Shown here piece by piece: positions 9,490-17,347 of a DNA stretch of 55,857 nucleotides. The number at the start of each line of letters is the position of its first letter. Within the stretch, counting starts at the first letter, position 1. This DNA comes from a virus. The notes under the pieces were generated by a model. That model did no database searches and had not been told where the DNA came from. It saw nothing but the letters and a program-made list of their open reading frames with translations. Made by a program: the position numbers and the translations under genes. The stretch is from IMG/VR virus record IMGVR_UViG_3300010357_001710. One strand, 5' to 3'.

Positions 9490-10019
9490 AAGAAAGAATA
9501 CTTTTTTATCTTTTATTTCTTACTGTAATTTTTGGAGGCTATTATTATTTGAAAGACAAATATTCTTTTAAAGATACCTTTGAGAAAATTAAAATAGTTG
9601 AGAAAAAGACTAAAGAAGTAATACTAAAAGGGTATATACTAAATCCACAAACAAATGAAAAGAAAAATTTTGAATTTGTTTTAAGGGAAAATTCTTTTGG
9701 CGATTTTTCTTTTGACTTTGATAAATCAAAATTTGATAGAGATTTCTTTTTTATTGAAGAAGTAGTTACAAAAAAAGAATATGATTATTTAGAAAATATT
9801 AGATTTGATTACAACTATAGTTTTGCAAAAGAAAAAATGAAGCTAAATGTAGGGTATGTTTTAATAAGATATGAAAATTTCGACTTAATAAAACCTGTTA
9901 CAGATTTCTCAGATGTTGGACTTTCTTTAGGAGCAAATTACAAAAATATCGGCGGAAATATTACCTATATGATTTTAGAAAAAGAAATTCAAGTAGGTAT
10001 TAGTTTTAAGCCATTTTGA
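9486..10019 (+). CDS. Membrane-anchored lysis-cassette protein (possible spanin-like or outer-membrane-directed protein)
   Basis: N-terminal TM (ILFYLLFLTVIFGGYYYL). The C-terminal half alternates hydrophobic residues and ends in '...ISFKPF' (terminal Phe). Overlaps the amidase stop. Confidence 0.3.
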   Translation: MKERILFYLLFLTVIFGGYYYLKDKYSFKDTFEKIKIVEKKTKEVILKGYILNPQTNEKKNFEFVLRENSFGDFSFDFDKSKFDRDFFFIEEVVTKKEYDYLENIRFDYNYSFAKEKMKLNVGYVLIRYENFDLIKPVTDFSDVGLSLGANYKNIGGNITYMILEKEIQVGISFKPF

Positions 10020-10034
10020 GTCATGAAATTGAAA

Positions 10035-10076
10035 AGAGGTAACCCAGTTTTCATTGAGGGTTACCTCTCTTTTTTC
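10035..10076 (+). terminator. Rho-independent terminator at the convergence point of the late and early arms (probably bidirectional)
   Basis: Stem AGAGGTAACCC (10035-10045) / GGGTTACCTCT (10058-10068), followed by CTTTTTTC. Confidence 0.7.
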
Positions 10077-10132
10077 TTAATATTATTTATTAAATTAATA
10101 TAGATTATAGTGAGAAGACCTCACACAGCAGC

Positions 10133-10585
10133 TTAATCTGGAAGACCTTCTTCATCATCTTCAGAAGTATCAATATCTTCATTTTCTTCATCATCTACTT
10201 CAATATCGTCTTCTGATTTTACAAAAGGAAATACTTTTAAAATTTCATTTTGTTCTTGACCCTCATACATTTTCTTACCAACTAAAATAACACATTTCTT
10301 ACCCTGAAGTTTTGTAAAATCAAGCTCTACTGCTCCTTCTAATTTCCACTTTGGATTGATAGCTTCAACCATTTCTTTCAATTTAAATAGAGCTTGTTGT
10401 TTAAGAGAAGTAATAGCAAACAATCTACGATTTTTGTATTTTCCATCAATAATAGAAAATTGCCAACTTACATATTGACTATCTCCTGCTTTTGTGTCTT
10501 TTATCTCATTTGAAAAAACAACAGCATTGTATTTTCCTTCTGGAATAGCTGTAAAACTCTGAACACCAGTAAAGTCTAAACGCAT
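10133..10585 (-). CDS. DUF669-family protein (ssDNA-binding-like partner of the Sak4-type ATPase)
   Basis: ATG at 10585 with GGAGGA RBS (the track start at 10684 lies inside the upstream gene). 'IPEGKYNAVV...AGDSQYVSWQFSIIDGKYKNRRLF' plus a very acidic C-terminal tail. Confidence 0.65.
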   Translation of the reverse strand: MRLDFTGVQSFTAIPEGKYNAVVFSNEIKDTKAGDSQYVSWQFSIIDGKYKNRRLFAITSLKQQALFKLKEMVEAINPKWKLEGAVELDFTKLQGKKCVILVGKKMYEGQEQNEILKVFPFVKSEDDIEVDDEENEDIDTSEDDEEGLPD

Positions 10586-10586
10586 A

Positions 10587-11462
10587 TTATCCTCCTTTGT
10601 TTGATTGCTTAATCTTAGAAATAATTTTTTCAATAGTTGGTTCGTCAATATACTTTCCAAATAAATCAAATCTATCTTTTGCAAGATATTTTTTTGTTTT
10701 TTGAGTTAAAAGACGATTTGAAAAAACTTTTTCTTTTTCACCATTTTCATGCTCAATTACTTTGTCATATTGATATAAAAATCCAACTATGTCAAAATAA
10801 CCGCCTATATCATTTGCAAGTTGTCCTGAAAGAGAAGGTATTACTTTTACTTCACCTGTGGTTGCATCAGTAATATCTTTTGTGTGTGCAGAAACAAAGA
10901 AATGAATGTCAAGATTTCTAAAATAGCGAATAGCAGTTCTTAAAGCATCACCAGATTTTCCCCAATCTTGATGTGTTTTATTTTTAAAAACTTCCATTGC
11001 TATTGAAGAATCATCTTGCTTAAGAACACTTGACATTACATATCTTTGAATTTCGTCAAGTGTATCAAAGCAAACAGCTCTAAAAAGTTTTGGCTCATCA
11101 TTTGGATTGTCAAAGAATTTTTTCTCAAGCGTCTTAAGCTTTAATTTACAAGATTTCAATTCTTCGCTATCTTTTTTCTTTTGAGCCAAGTAATATAAAT
11201 CTCTTAATTCAGTGTGAGACCTTAGAAAATCGTAAACATCACATAAGTCTTCATAAGATTTTATTTTTACAACTGTTGTGTTTGGATAAAATTTACGTAA
11301 TGACTTTGTTCCAGCTTCACAATCTACAAATAAAGTTTCACTAGAATCTTGACAAGCTGCTGAAGAACCTAAGAACACAGTTTTTCCAACTCCAATTTCT
11401 CCAAAAATAATCATTTTCAGCCAAAGAGTCTCGTCATTCAATGGATTGTCTATTGTTAACAT
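10587..11462 (-). CDS. Sak4-like / AAA_24 RecA-fold ATPase (recombination)
   Basis: Walker A 'IFGEIGVGKT'. ~290 aa with the typical synteny to DUF669 and a nuclease. Confidence 0.7.
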   Translation of the reverse strand: MLTIDNPLNDETLWLKMIIFGEIGVGKTVFLGSSAACQDSSETLFVDCEAGTKSLRKFYPNTTVVKIKSYEDLCDVYDFLRSHTELRDLYYLAQKKKDSEELKSCKLKLKTLEKKFFDNPNDEPKLFRAVCFDTLDEIQRYVMSSVLKQDDSSIAMEVFKNKTHQDWGKSGDALRTAIRYFRNLDIHFFVSAHTKDITDATTGEVKVIPSLSGQLANDIGGYFDIVGFLYQYDKVIEHENGEKEKVFSNRLLTQKTKKYLAKDRFDLFGKYIDEPTIEKIISKIKQSNKGG

Positions 11463-11485
11463 TTATCCTCCTTTCCTATAGTTAT

Positions 11486-11515
11486 ATTATTGCTCGTTTT
11501 CTACTTTTTCGTCTA
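11486..11515 (-). promoter_or_regulatory. Class-II promoter candidate (TAGACG-N18-AATAAT)
   Basis: Minus strand: -35 at 11510-11515, -10 at 11486-11491 inside the motif GCAATAATA, ~22 nt before ATG 11462. Confidence 0.35.
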
Positions 11516-12503
11516 CTATTTCTGAATTTTTTTCTTGCTTAAAAAGATTTTCTAAGACAAATTTATAATCTAGCCCATCATTCATCATAACACAAATTTC
11601 TTTAAACCCACAAAACCAATTACAATCTCTTGAAGGCGTTGGATAGATTCTTGGGTTTTCTGCCATATCAAGACAAATTTCTCTATATCTTTGAACTATA
11701 TCTTTAATTTCATGCTGAGTTTTAAAAATACGCTGTCTATCAAAATAACTATCAAGAGTTTTTAGCTCAGATTTCATTTCTAAATAATCTTCTTCATTTA
11801 ACTTTAGCTCTTTTATTTTTTGCTGATACAACTCCCAAGTAGTGTTTTGTGATTTACTTTTTGAAAGTGTTCCATTTTTCAAAACATTCGGAGCTTCAGG
11901 ATAACTTTTCAAGAGAGTATTGTATAAAATACCTTCTATTTTTACTCCAAGAATTTTTTCAGCTAAATAACAATACAAAACAGGTTGTTCATTCAAAGCT
12001 AAGTTTGTATCAACACTTTTTGCAGTTTTATGCTCTAGAATCCAATATTTTCCATCTTTGTCTTTTACTATTCCATCTATTCTACAAACCAAGATGTGGT
12101 CTAAATCTTTGAATAATTTAACTTCAATTTTTTTCTCTGTAGAAACTATTTCAGCAATTTGTTCTTTGTCAATTTTTTCACTCCAAATAACGTAGTTTTT
12201 TAGCATTTCTAATCCAAGAATTTCTTGCTCATTAAAAGCTTGAATGTCTTCTTGAGAAATATCAACTTTCAATTCATTCTTAATTTTTACTAAACTTTCT
12301 TTAAAAAGTTTCTTAAACTCTACTTGCATATCGATAGTTTTTCCAGATGAGTAAAACTTATCAAGACATTCATGAACTAAAGTTCCTAAGAATAATTTTG
12401 TGTTAACTTTTATCTGTTGCCATCCTTGTCTATTCCTAGACCCCAAATCCCAAGACCTCCTACATTTTCTAAATGCGTTTGCTTCTGAAAATGAAATTCT
12501 CAT
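11487..12503 (-). CDS. PD-(D/E)XK exonuclease, Cas4/RecB-like with Cys cluster
   Basis: 'RIDGIV...WILEHKTAK' (D...E.K core). Cys14 plus a C-terminal 'CNWFCGFKEIC', as in the Fe-S cluster of Cas4/AddB nucleases. Confidence 0.7.
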   Translation of the reverse strand: MRISFSEANAFRKCRRSWDLGSRNRQGWQQIKVNTKLFLGTLVHECLDKFYSSGKTIDMQVEFKKLFKESLVKIKNELKVDISQEDIQAFNEQEILGLEMLKNYVIWSEKIDKEQIAEIVSTEKKIEVKLFKDLDHILVCRIDGIVKDKDGKYWILEHKTAKSVDTNLALNEQPVLYCYLAEKILGVKIEGILYNTLLKSYPEAPNVLKNGTLSKSKSQNTTWELYQQKIKELKLNEEDYLEMKSELKTLDSYFDRQRIFKTQHEIKDIVQRYREICLDMAENPRIYPTPSRDCNWFCGFKEICVMMNDGLDYKFVLENLFKQEKNSEIVDEKVENEQ

Positions 12504-13849
12504 AGGTTTCTCCCTTCTATTAAGTCGTTCATAATTTCTTTTATGAACAACGCTTCTGATATTATTATTGTCTTTTTTGATAGCGTTTGTATTATTTTTT
12601 CTTCAATAGTTTCTTCAGCAACTATGTCATATATAGTACAAACTTTTTCTTGTCCTATTCTATGAATTCTATTCTCAGCTTGCTCATTCATTGCAGGGTT
12701 CCATGCTTTTTCCATAAATATTAAATTGTTTGCAGATTGCAAATTTAAACCCTCACAACCTGTTGCTATAGTTAAAACTAAACATTTAGTTTTTTCATTT
12801 GTAGAAAACTTTTCTTGAGATATTATTCTTTCTTCAGATGAGTTATCCCCACAAATTAATTCTGATTCTATCTTATTGCTATTTAATAATTTATGCAAGT
12901 ATTTTGAAAATGATTTATGCCATGTGAATATTACAAACTTCTCGTTTGAGTCTTCTAATATTTCTAATAGTGCTTTAATTTTTTCACTAATAATATTTAT
13001 ACCGTAAAATTCTGGAAATAGCACTAATCTTCTAAGATTAGTATATAGAGTTATTTGATTCTCTATTCTTAAAACTTCTTCATTATTATCGTTAAAAAGT
13101 TGTAAATTCTTTATAAGGTCTTTGTATATTTTTTGATGTTTTTGTTCTAATTTTACTGGAATTGTTGAATATATTTTTTTCGGTAATTGAATTTTAACGT
13201 CTTCTTTAGAGCGTTTTATCATATACTTAAAAATTTCTTTTTGAAATTCTTCAATATTTTTTATAGTTGTTGGTTCATTAAATCCAGAAAAATAGTTTAC
13301 TTGTGTATTGAAATGCTTTTCTATAAATTTCCAATAAGACTTGAAGTTTTTTCTATCGAGTAAATGAAGAAGATGCCAAATCTCCGATGGGTGATTTTGC
13401 ATAGGAGTTCCAGAAAGAAGAAGTACTTTCTTTGCTTTTAATAACTTTGCTTTTTTAGAAATTTGAGCTTTTCTATTTTTTAAACGATGTGCTTCATCAA
13501 AAATAACTAAGTCCCATTTTCTAGAGAAAATACCAAAATCTTCCACTCGTAAGATAGCATAGTTACAGATGAAAAATCTTTTATTTTCTTCAAACTCTTT
13601 TTTTCTAAGAGAAGCTTTATCTGGAGAAATTGTAAAGTCATCATTATTGAAAACTTTTCTTATTTCATTTCTCCAAGAAAGCTGAACTGTCTTAGGACAT
13701 ACAATAAGAACGCTTTTGTAATTGTTTTGCTCAGCTAACATTAAAGCTGTTCTTGTTTTTCCAAGGCCCATATCATCTCCGCAGATACCTCTTTGTGGGA
13801 ATTCATTTAAGAAATCTATTGCTTCTTGTTGATATTTATAGAGATTCAT
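12500..13849 (-). CDS. SNF2-family DNA helicase/translocase
   Basis: Motifs 'DDMGLGKT', 'FDEAHRLKN', 'LSGTPMQN', 'QAENRIHRIGQ'. Start taken at the ATG for MNLYKYQQ. An alternative in-frame start is at 13876. Confidence 0.9.
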   Translation of the reverse strand: MNLYKYQQEAIDFLNEFPQRGICGDDMGLGKTRTALMLAEQNNYKSVLIVCPKTVQLSWRNEIRKVFNNDDFTISPDKASLRKKEFEENKRFFICNYAILRVEDFGIFSRKWDLVIFDEAHRLKNRKAQISKKAKLLKAKKVLLLSGTPMQNHPSEIWHLLHLLDRKNFKSYWKFIEKHFNTQVNYFSGFNEPTTIKNIEEFQKEIFKYMIKRSKEDVKIQLPKKIYSTIPVKLEQKHQKIYKDLIKNLQLFNDNNEEVLRIENQITLYTNLRRLVLFPEFYGINIISEKIKALLEILEDSNEKFVIFTWHKSFSKYLHKLLNSNKIESELICGDNSSEERIISQEKFSTNEKTKCLVLTIATGCEGLNLQSANNLIFMEKAWNPAMNEQAENRIHRIGQEKVCTIYDIVAEETIEEKIIQTLSKKTIIISEALFIKEIMNDLIEGRNL

Positions 13850-14309
13850 TTTTAATAATCTTTCTGAAGTTATCATGAAAGTAAAGATACAGTTTTATAG
13901 TGTCTTTTATATGCTCACTTTTTTCTTCAAAACCTAAAAATTTCAAACGCTCATCAGTCCAGAATTTTTTTACATTTGGCATTAATGCAATAGGATTATA
14001 ATTATTTTTCTCACATAAGTATTTTAGTACTCCTATAAATTCTACTTCAGGGAAAGTTGAACCCATCTTGAATTTAGATGAAGCATACAATTGATAGCGT
14101 TCAAAAATAACAAAATCGAAAGTATAACCTATTGGACCACCACAAATAATTCCTTCTAGCTCTTCAAAAGTTTTTAATTCTTTTGAAAATACTTTAGAAA
14201 AAACATTTTCCTCTTTGTTTATAAGATTTATTTTATTATAAAAGTTATTTGTAGTAAATACAGAGACCCCAGTTGTTACACCGGGGTCAATTACTAAAGT
14301 TTTAATCAT
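13836..14309 (-). CDS. RuvC-like Holliday junction resolvase
   Basis: N-terminus 'LVIDPGVTTGVSVF' (RuvC-type catalytic Asp motif). ~157 aa. Confidence 0.55.
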   Translation of the reverse strand: MIKTLVIDPGVTTGVSVFTTNNFYNKINLINKEENVFSKVFSKELKTFEELEGIICGGPIGYTFDFVIFERYQLYASSKFKMGSTFPEVEFIGVLKYLCEKNNYNPIALMPNVKKFWTDERLKFLGFEEKSEHIKDTIKLYLYFHDNFRKIIKNESL

Positions 14310-14848
14310 AAAGCAAATTCTTTTCTATTTTTTATAAAGAAAGTCATTTTTTGAATCGCTGATTGTCTTAATTGATAAAAATCATATTTGCTAATATTAT
14401 TAGTTTCCATTATTTCTTCTCTATTTATGTCTTCTAAATAGAATCCAGAAATAACTTTAAATTCTAAAGGGCTCAATAGTAACATAATAGATTTTACATC
14501 AATAGAATTTTTAGTTGTTGCTAAAAATATATCAATGTCAAAATTTTCTTCAGAAGAATGTGAAAGTTCAGTAATCGATTTCTCAGAGTCTGTTGCTGAA
14601 AAAACATTATTTGAGCGAAAAATGCTAAGTAGAGAAAATTTTATCTTAGTATATGCATGAGTAGAAAATTTTGTCCCATTTTCAGGGTCGAAAGTTCTAG
14701 CTGCTTCACATAATGCAGAATAGGCAGTAGATAAAAGTTCATCATACTCACACCAACTGTGCTTAAATGATGAAGCTAATTTTCTAGCTAAGTTTAAATT
14801 TTCTTCAACTAATTTATTTCTTTCTTTTATGGTAAGATTGTTTGTCAT
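14306..14848 (-). CDS. Sigma-70 family RNA polymerase sigma factor (phage-encoded)
   Basis: Region 2-like 'YDELLSTAYSALCEAARTFDPENGTKFSTHAYTKIKFSL' and region 4-like 'LSPLEFKVISGFYLEDINREEIMETNNISKYDFYQLRQSAIQKM'. SD of the GAAAGGCGGAA class. Confidence 0.85.
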   Translation of the reverse strand: MTNNLTIKERNKLVEENLNLARKLASSFKHSWCEYDELLSTAYSALCEAARTFDPENGTKFSTHAYTKIKFSLLSIFRSNNVFSATDSEKSITELSHSSEENFDIDIFLATTKNSIDVKSIMLLLSPLEFKVISGFYLEDINREEIMETNNISKYDFYQLRQSAIQKMTFFIKNRKEFAL

Positions 14849-14867
14849 ATAAATCTTCCGCCTTTCC

Positions 14868-15062
14868 TTATTTGCTCATTATGAAAGTTTCACCAAAGCA
14901 CTCATTCATAAACTCGATTGCACGATTTTCAGATAACCCCATTATGAATGATTCACCTTCACAAGATACACGACCAGTGTTTTCATTCCAACGGACAGAT
15001 TTTCCATTCATTGTTCCAATTTTCTTTCCGAAGAAGACTTTTGAGAGTTTTTTTGTTGCCAT
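14868..15062 (-). CDS. Small early protein (64 aa), unknown function
   Basis: ATG at 15062 lies 6 nt after GAAAGGCGGAA and directly behind early promoter cassette E1. The track start at 15095 lies in the leader hairpin. Confidence 0.55.
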   Translation of the reverse strand: MATKKLSKVFFGKKIGTMNGKSVRWNENTGRVSCEGESFIMGLSENRAIEFMNECFGETFIMSK

Positions 15063-15113
15063 TTGTTTCCGCCTTTCTGAAAGGATTTTATCCATCCTTT
15101 CCTTTATGATTAG

Positions 15114-15141
15114 ATTATATCATATTCTAGCGAAATGTACA
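15114..15141 (-). promoter_or_regulatory. Early promoter E1 (TGTACA-N16-TATAAT) with structured leader
   Basis: Minus strand: TTTTTTCCTGTACA, then 16 nt, then TATAAT. The 15079-15101 hairpin (GAAAGGAT/ATCCTTTC) follows, then the SD GAAAGGCGGAA. Confidence 0.6.
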
Positions 15142-15160
15142 GGAAAAAAAACATAAAAAA

Positions 15161-17293
15161 CTAAGTTTTTTTCTTTTTATTTCCCCAACCAGTATTACTA
15201 ATCTCAAAACTAGCTCTAAATGGCATATTTGTTTTGAAAATTAATTTTGGAAGAGTTTCCATAACTTTTCTCATTACTTCTATAGTTTCTTCTACTTTAT
15301 CTTCTTTACATTCTACCAAAATTGAGTCATGAATTAGATTTAATACGCATCCAATACTTTTTTTTCTTAAAATATTATCCACAACTATGCCAGAAGATAG
15401 TGTCATGTCTGATGAAGATGATTGAATAATAAAGTTACAATTCTCATTCTCTAATTTATTTTTATTATCTTCAGTTATTATATAAAATCTTCTTTGCTTT
15501 CCAAAAACACTTTTTGCGACTTCTGAAGTTCTAATCATATTTCTATATTTCTTAATAAATTCCCCAGCCTTTGGAACTTTTTCCATCCATTTATCTATCA
15601 TTTGTTGTGCTTCTTTAGTTGATATCTTATACTCATTTGCAATCGAATAAGCTCCTCTTCCATAAACTATCCCGAAATTTAATCCTTTAATTTGTGATCT
15701 TTGAGCTTTGGTAAAATTTTCTCCATATATTTCAACAGTAACTGCGTCATGCAAATCTTTTTCTTGAAAATAAACATTTTTCAAAAATTCGTCATCAGAT
15801 AATACTGCTAGTACTCTAAGTTCTGCTTGAGAGTAATCTGCTTCGATTAAAACATGTCCTTCTGATGGAATAAAAACATTTTTAACATCTTTTGCGTTCG
15901 ATGGAATATTTTGCATGTTTGGGTCTTTGCTTGAAAGTCTTCCAGTTACTGTCCCATGCAATAAATAATTACTATGAATTTTATTATTTACGTCTGTGTA
16001 TTCAAACATTGGCACTATGTAAGTAGTAAAAAGTTTATGCACTTTTTTGTACTCACAATAATCAAATAAAAATCTGTGAATCAAATTTTTATTTTTCCAC
16101 TCTATTATTTCTTCCATATTTTGTGGACAACCATATTTTTTTAAAAGCTCCTGTCTTACTAAATCATCGAAGTTCATAGCTTTTGAAATTGGTTTTATTT
16201 TTAAAACTTCATACACAAAATAATTGATTTGCTTTGGTGAATTTAAATTAAATCTTACTATTTCTGCTTTTGCACCTGTAAACTTTTGATATTCTTTAAA
16301 TGAAAAACCACTATCAATTGCTAATTTTGTTAAATCATTTTCCATCTCATCAAGTTTTTTATTGTAAGTTAGCTCAAGTTCTCTAGCGTATTTTCTATCA
16401 AATTTAATTCCTCGCATTTCCATATTTTGTAAAAGTTTTGATGCTTTCATCATAAACTTTAACGCTTTTATATCTACTTTTTTTGAAAAAAGTTTAAATA
16501 ACTTCCAAGTGTATACTATATCTTTTGCAAGGTATTTATACATCTCTTTTCTATCTACATTATAGTAGTCATTTTTATTTCTCATAGATTTTTTCATATC
16601 TTTTTCATAATCTTCTTCATTAAAATATTTTTGAGACAAAGTCAATAAGTCATGTTTTCCTCTTCTTTCATCTATTAAATAATGCATAAGCATAGTATCA
16701 TAATTAAAGAAAATCTTTTCTTGAAAAAATAAAGTTAAAAATTTACAGTCAAACTTTCCATTATGCAGAACTAAAATCTTATTTTTAATTAATTTTAATA
16801 AATCTTTTTTTGCTTCTTGTAATTTTTCTTCAGGAATTATCATTTTTGTGTTTTCATCACATAAACCAATAAGAAAAATTTTATCTTTTATAAAGTTAAG
16901 TCCGGTAGTTTCTATGTCTATTACTAAGTGCTTTCCAGTAAATTTTTCAAAATCTTTAGAATTTTCAAATAACTCAAAAGAAAAAGAAAAATCTTTAGTT
17001 TCTTTTCCTTCTAAAAAATCAATACAATCTAATAAGTCTCTAAAATCAGATTCAAAATTATAATACCAAGACAGACTTCTCATTGGAATATAAACAGCAT
17101 CTCCCAAATCGTACTTATGATATAAAATATGATTTTCAATTTGTGGTAATATTTGAGAATAGGTTTCTTTTCCACATAAAAAAATAAATTTCTTTTTATA
17201 TTCTTTTTGTAAATACCTCTTTTCTAGCATGTTTAAAATTAAGTTATCTTGAAAGTTTAACTTTTTTACTGAATAAAATTTTAGTTTATACAT
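15161..17293 (-). CDS. Family A DNA polymerase (Pol I-like) with 3'-5' exonuclease domain
   Basis: 'VIDIETTGL' (Exo I), 'TVTGRLSSKDPNMQNIP', 'ADYSQAELRVLA', 'QRSQIKGLNFGIVYG', 'LIHDSILVE'. Confidence 0.92.
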   Translation of the reverse strand: MYKLKFYSVKKLNFQDNLILNMLEKRYLQKEYKKKFIFLCGKETYSQILPQIENHILYHKYDLGDAVYIPMRSLSWYYNFESDFRDLLDCIDFLEGKETKDFSFSFELFENSKDFEKFTGKHLVIDIETTGLNFIKDKIFLIGLCDENTKMIIPEEKLQEAKKDLLKLIKNKILVLHNGKFDCKFLTLFFQEKIFFNYDTMLMHYLIDERRGKHDLLTLSQKYFNEEDYEKDMKKSMRNKNDYYNVDRKEMYKYLAKDIVYTWKLFKLFSKKVDIKALKFMMKASKLLQNMEMRGIKFDRKYARELELTYNKKLDEMENDLTKLAIDSGFSFKEYQKFTGAKAEIVRFNLNSPKQINYFVYEVLKIKPISKAMNFDDLVRQELLKKYGCPQNMEEIIEWKNKNLIHRFLFDYCEYKKVHKLFTTYIVPMFEYTDVNNKIHSNYLLHGTVTGRLSSKDPNMQNIPSNAKDVKNVFIPSEGHVLIEADYSQAELRVLAVLSDDEFLKNVYFQEKDLHDAVTVEIYGENFTKAQRSQIKGLNFGIVYGRGAYSIANEYKISTKEAQQMIDKWMEKVPKAGEFIKKYRNMIRTSEVAKSVFGKQRRFYIITEDNKNKLENENCNFIIQSSSSDMTLSSGIVVDNILRKKSIGCVLNLIHDSILVECKEDKVEETIEVMRKVMETLPKLIFKTNMPFRASFEISNTGWGNKKKKT

Positions 17294-17317
17294 ACTTCCT
17301 CTTTCCTACTTAAGATT

Positions 17318-17347
17318 ATTATTGCTAAAATAAAAATAAAATGTCTA
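17318..17347 (-). promoter_or_regulatory. Class-II promoter candidate (TAGACA-N18-AATAAT) upstream of the polymerase gene
   Basis: Minus strand: TAGACATTTTAT...AGCAATAATAAT. The -35 overlaps the stop codon of the primase gene. Confidence 0.45.
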
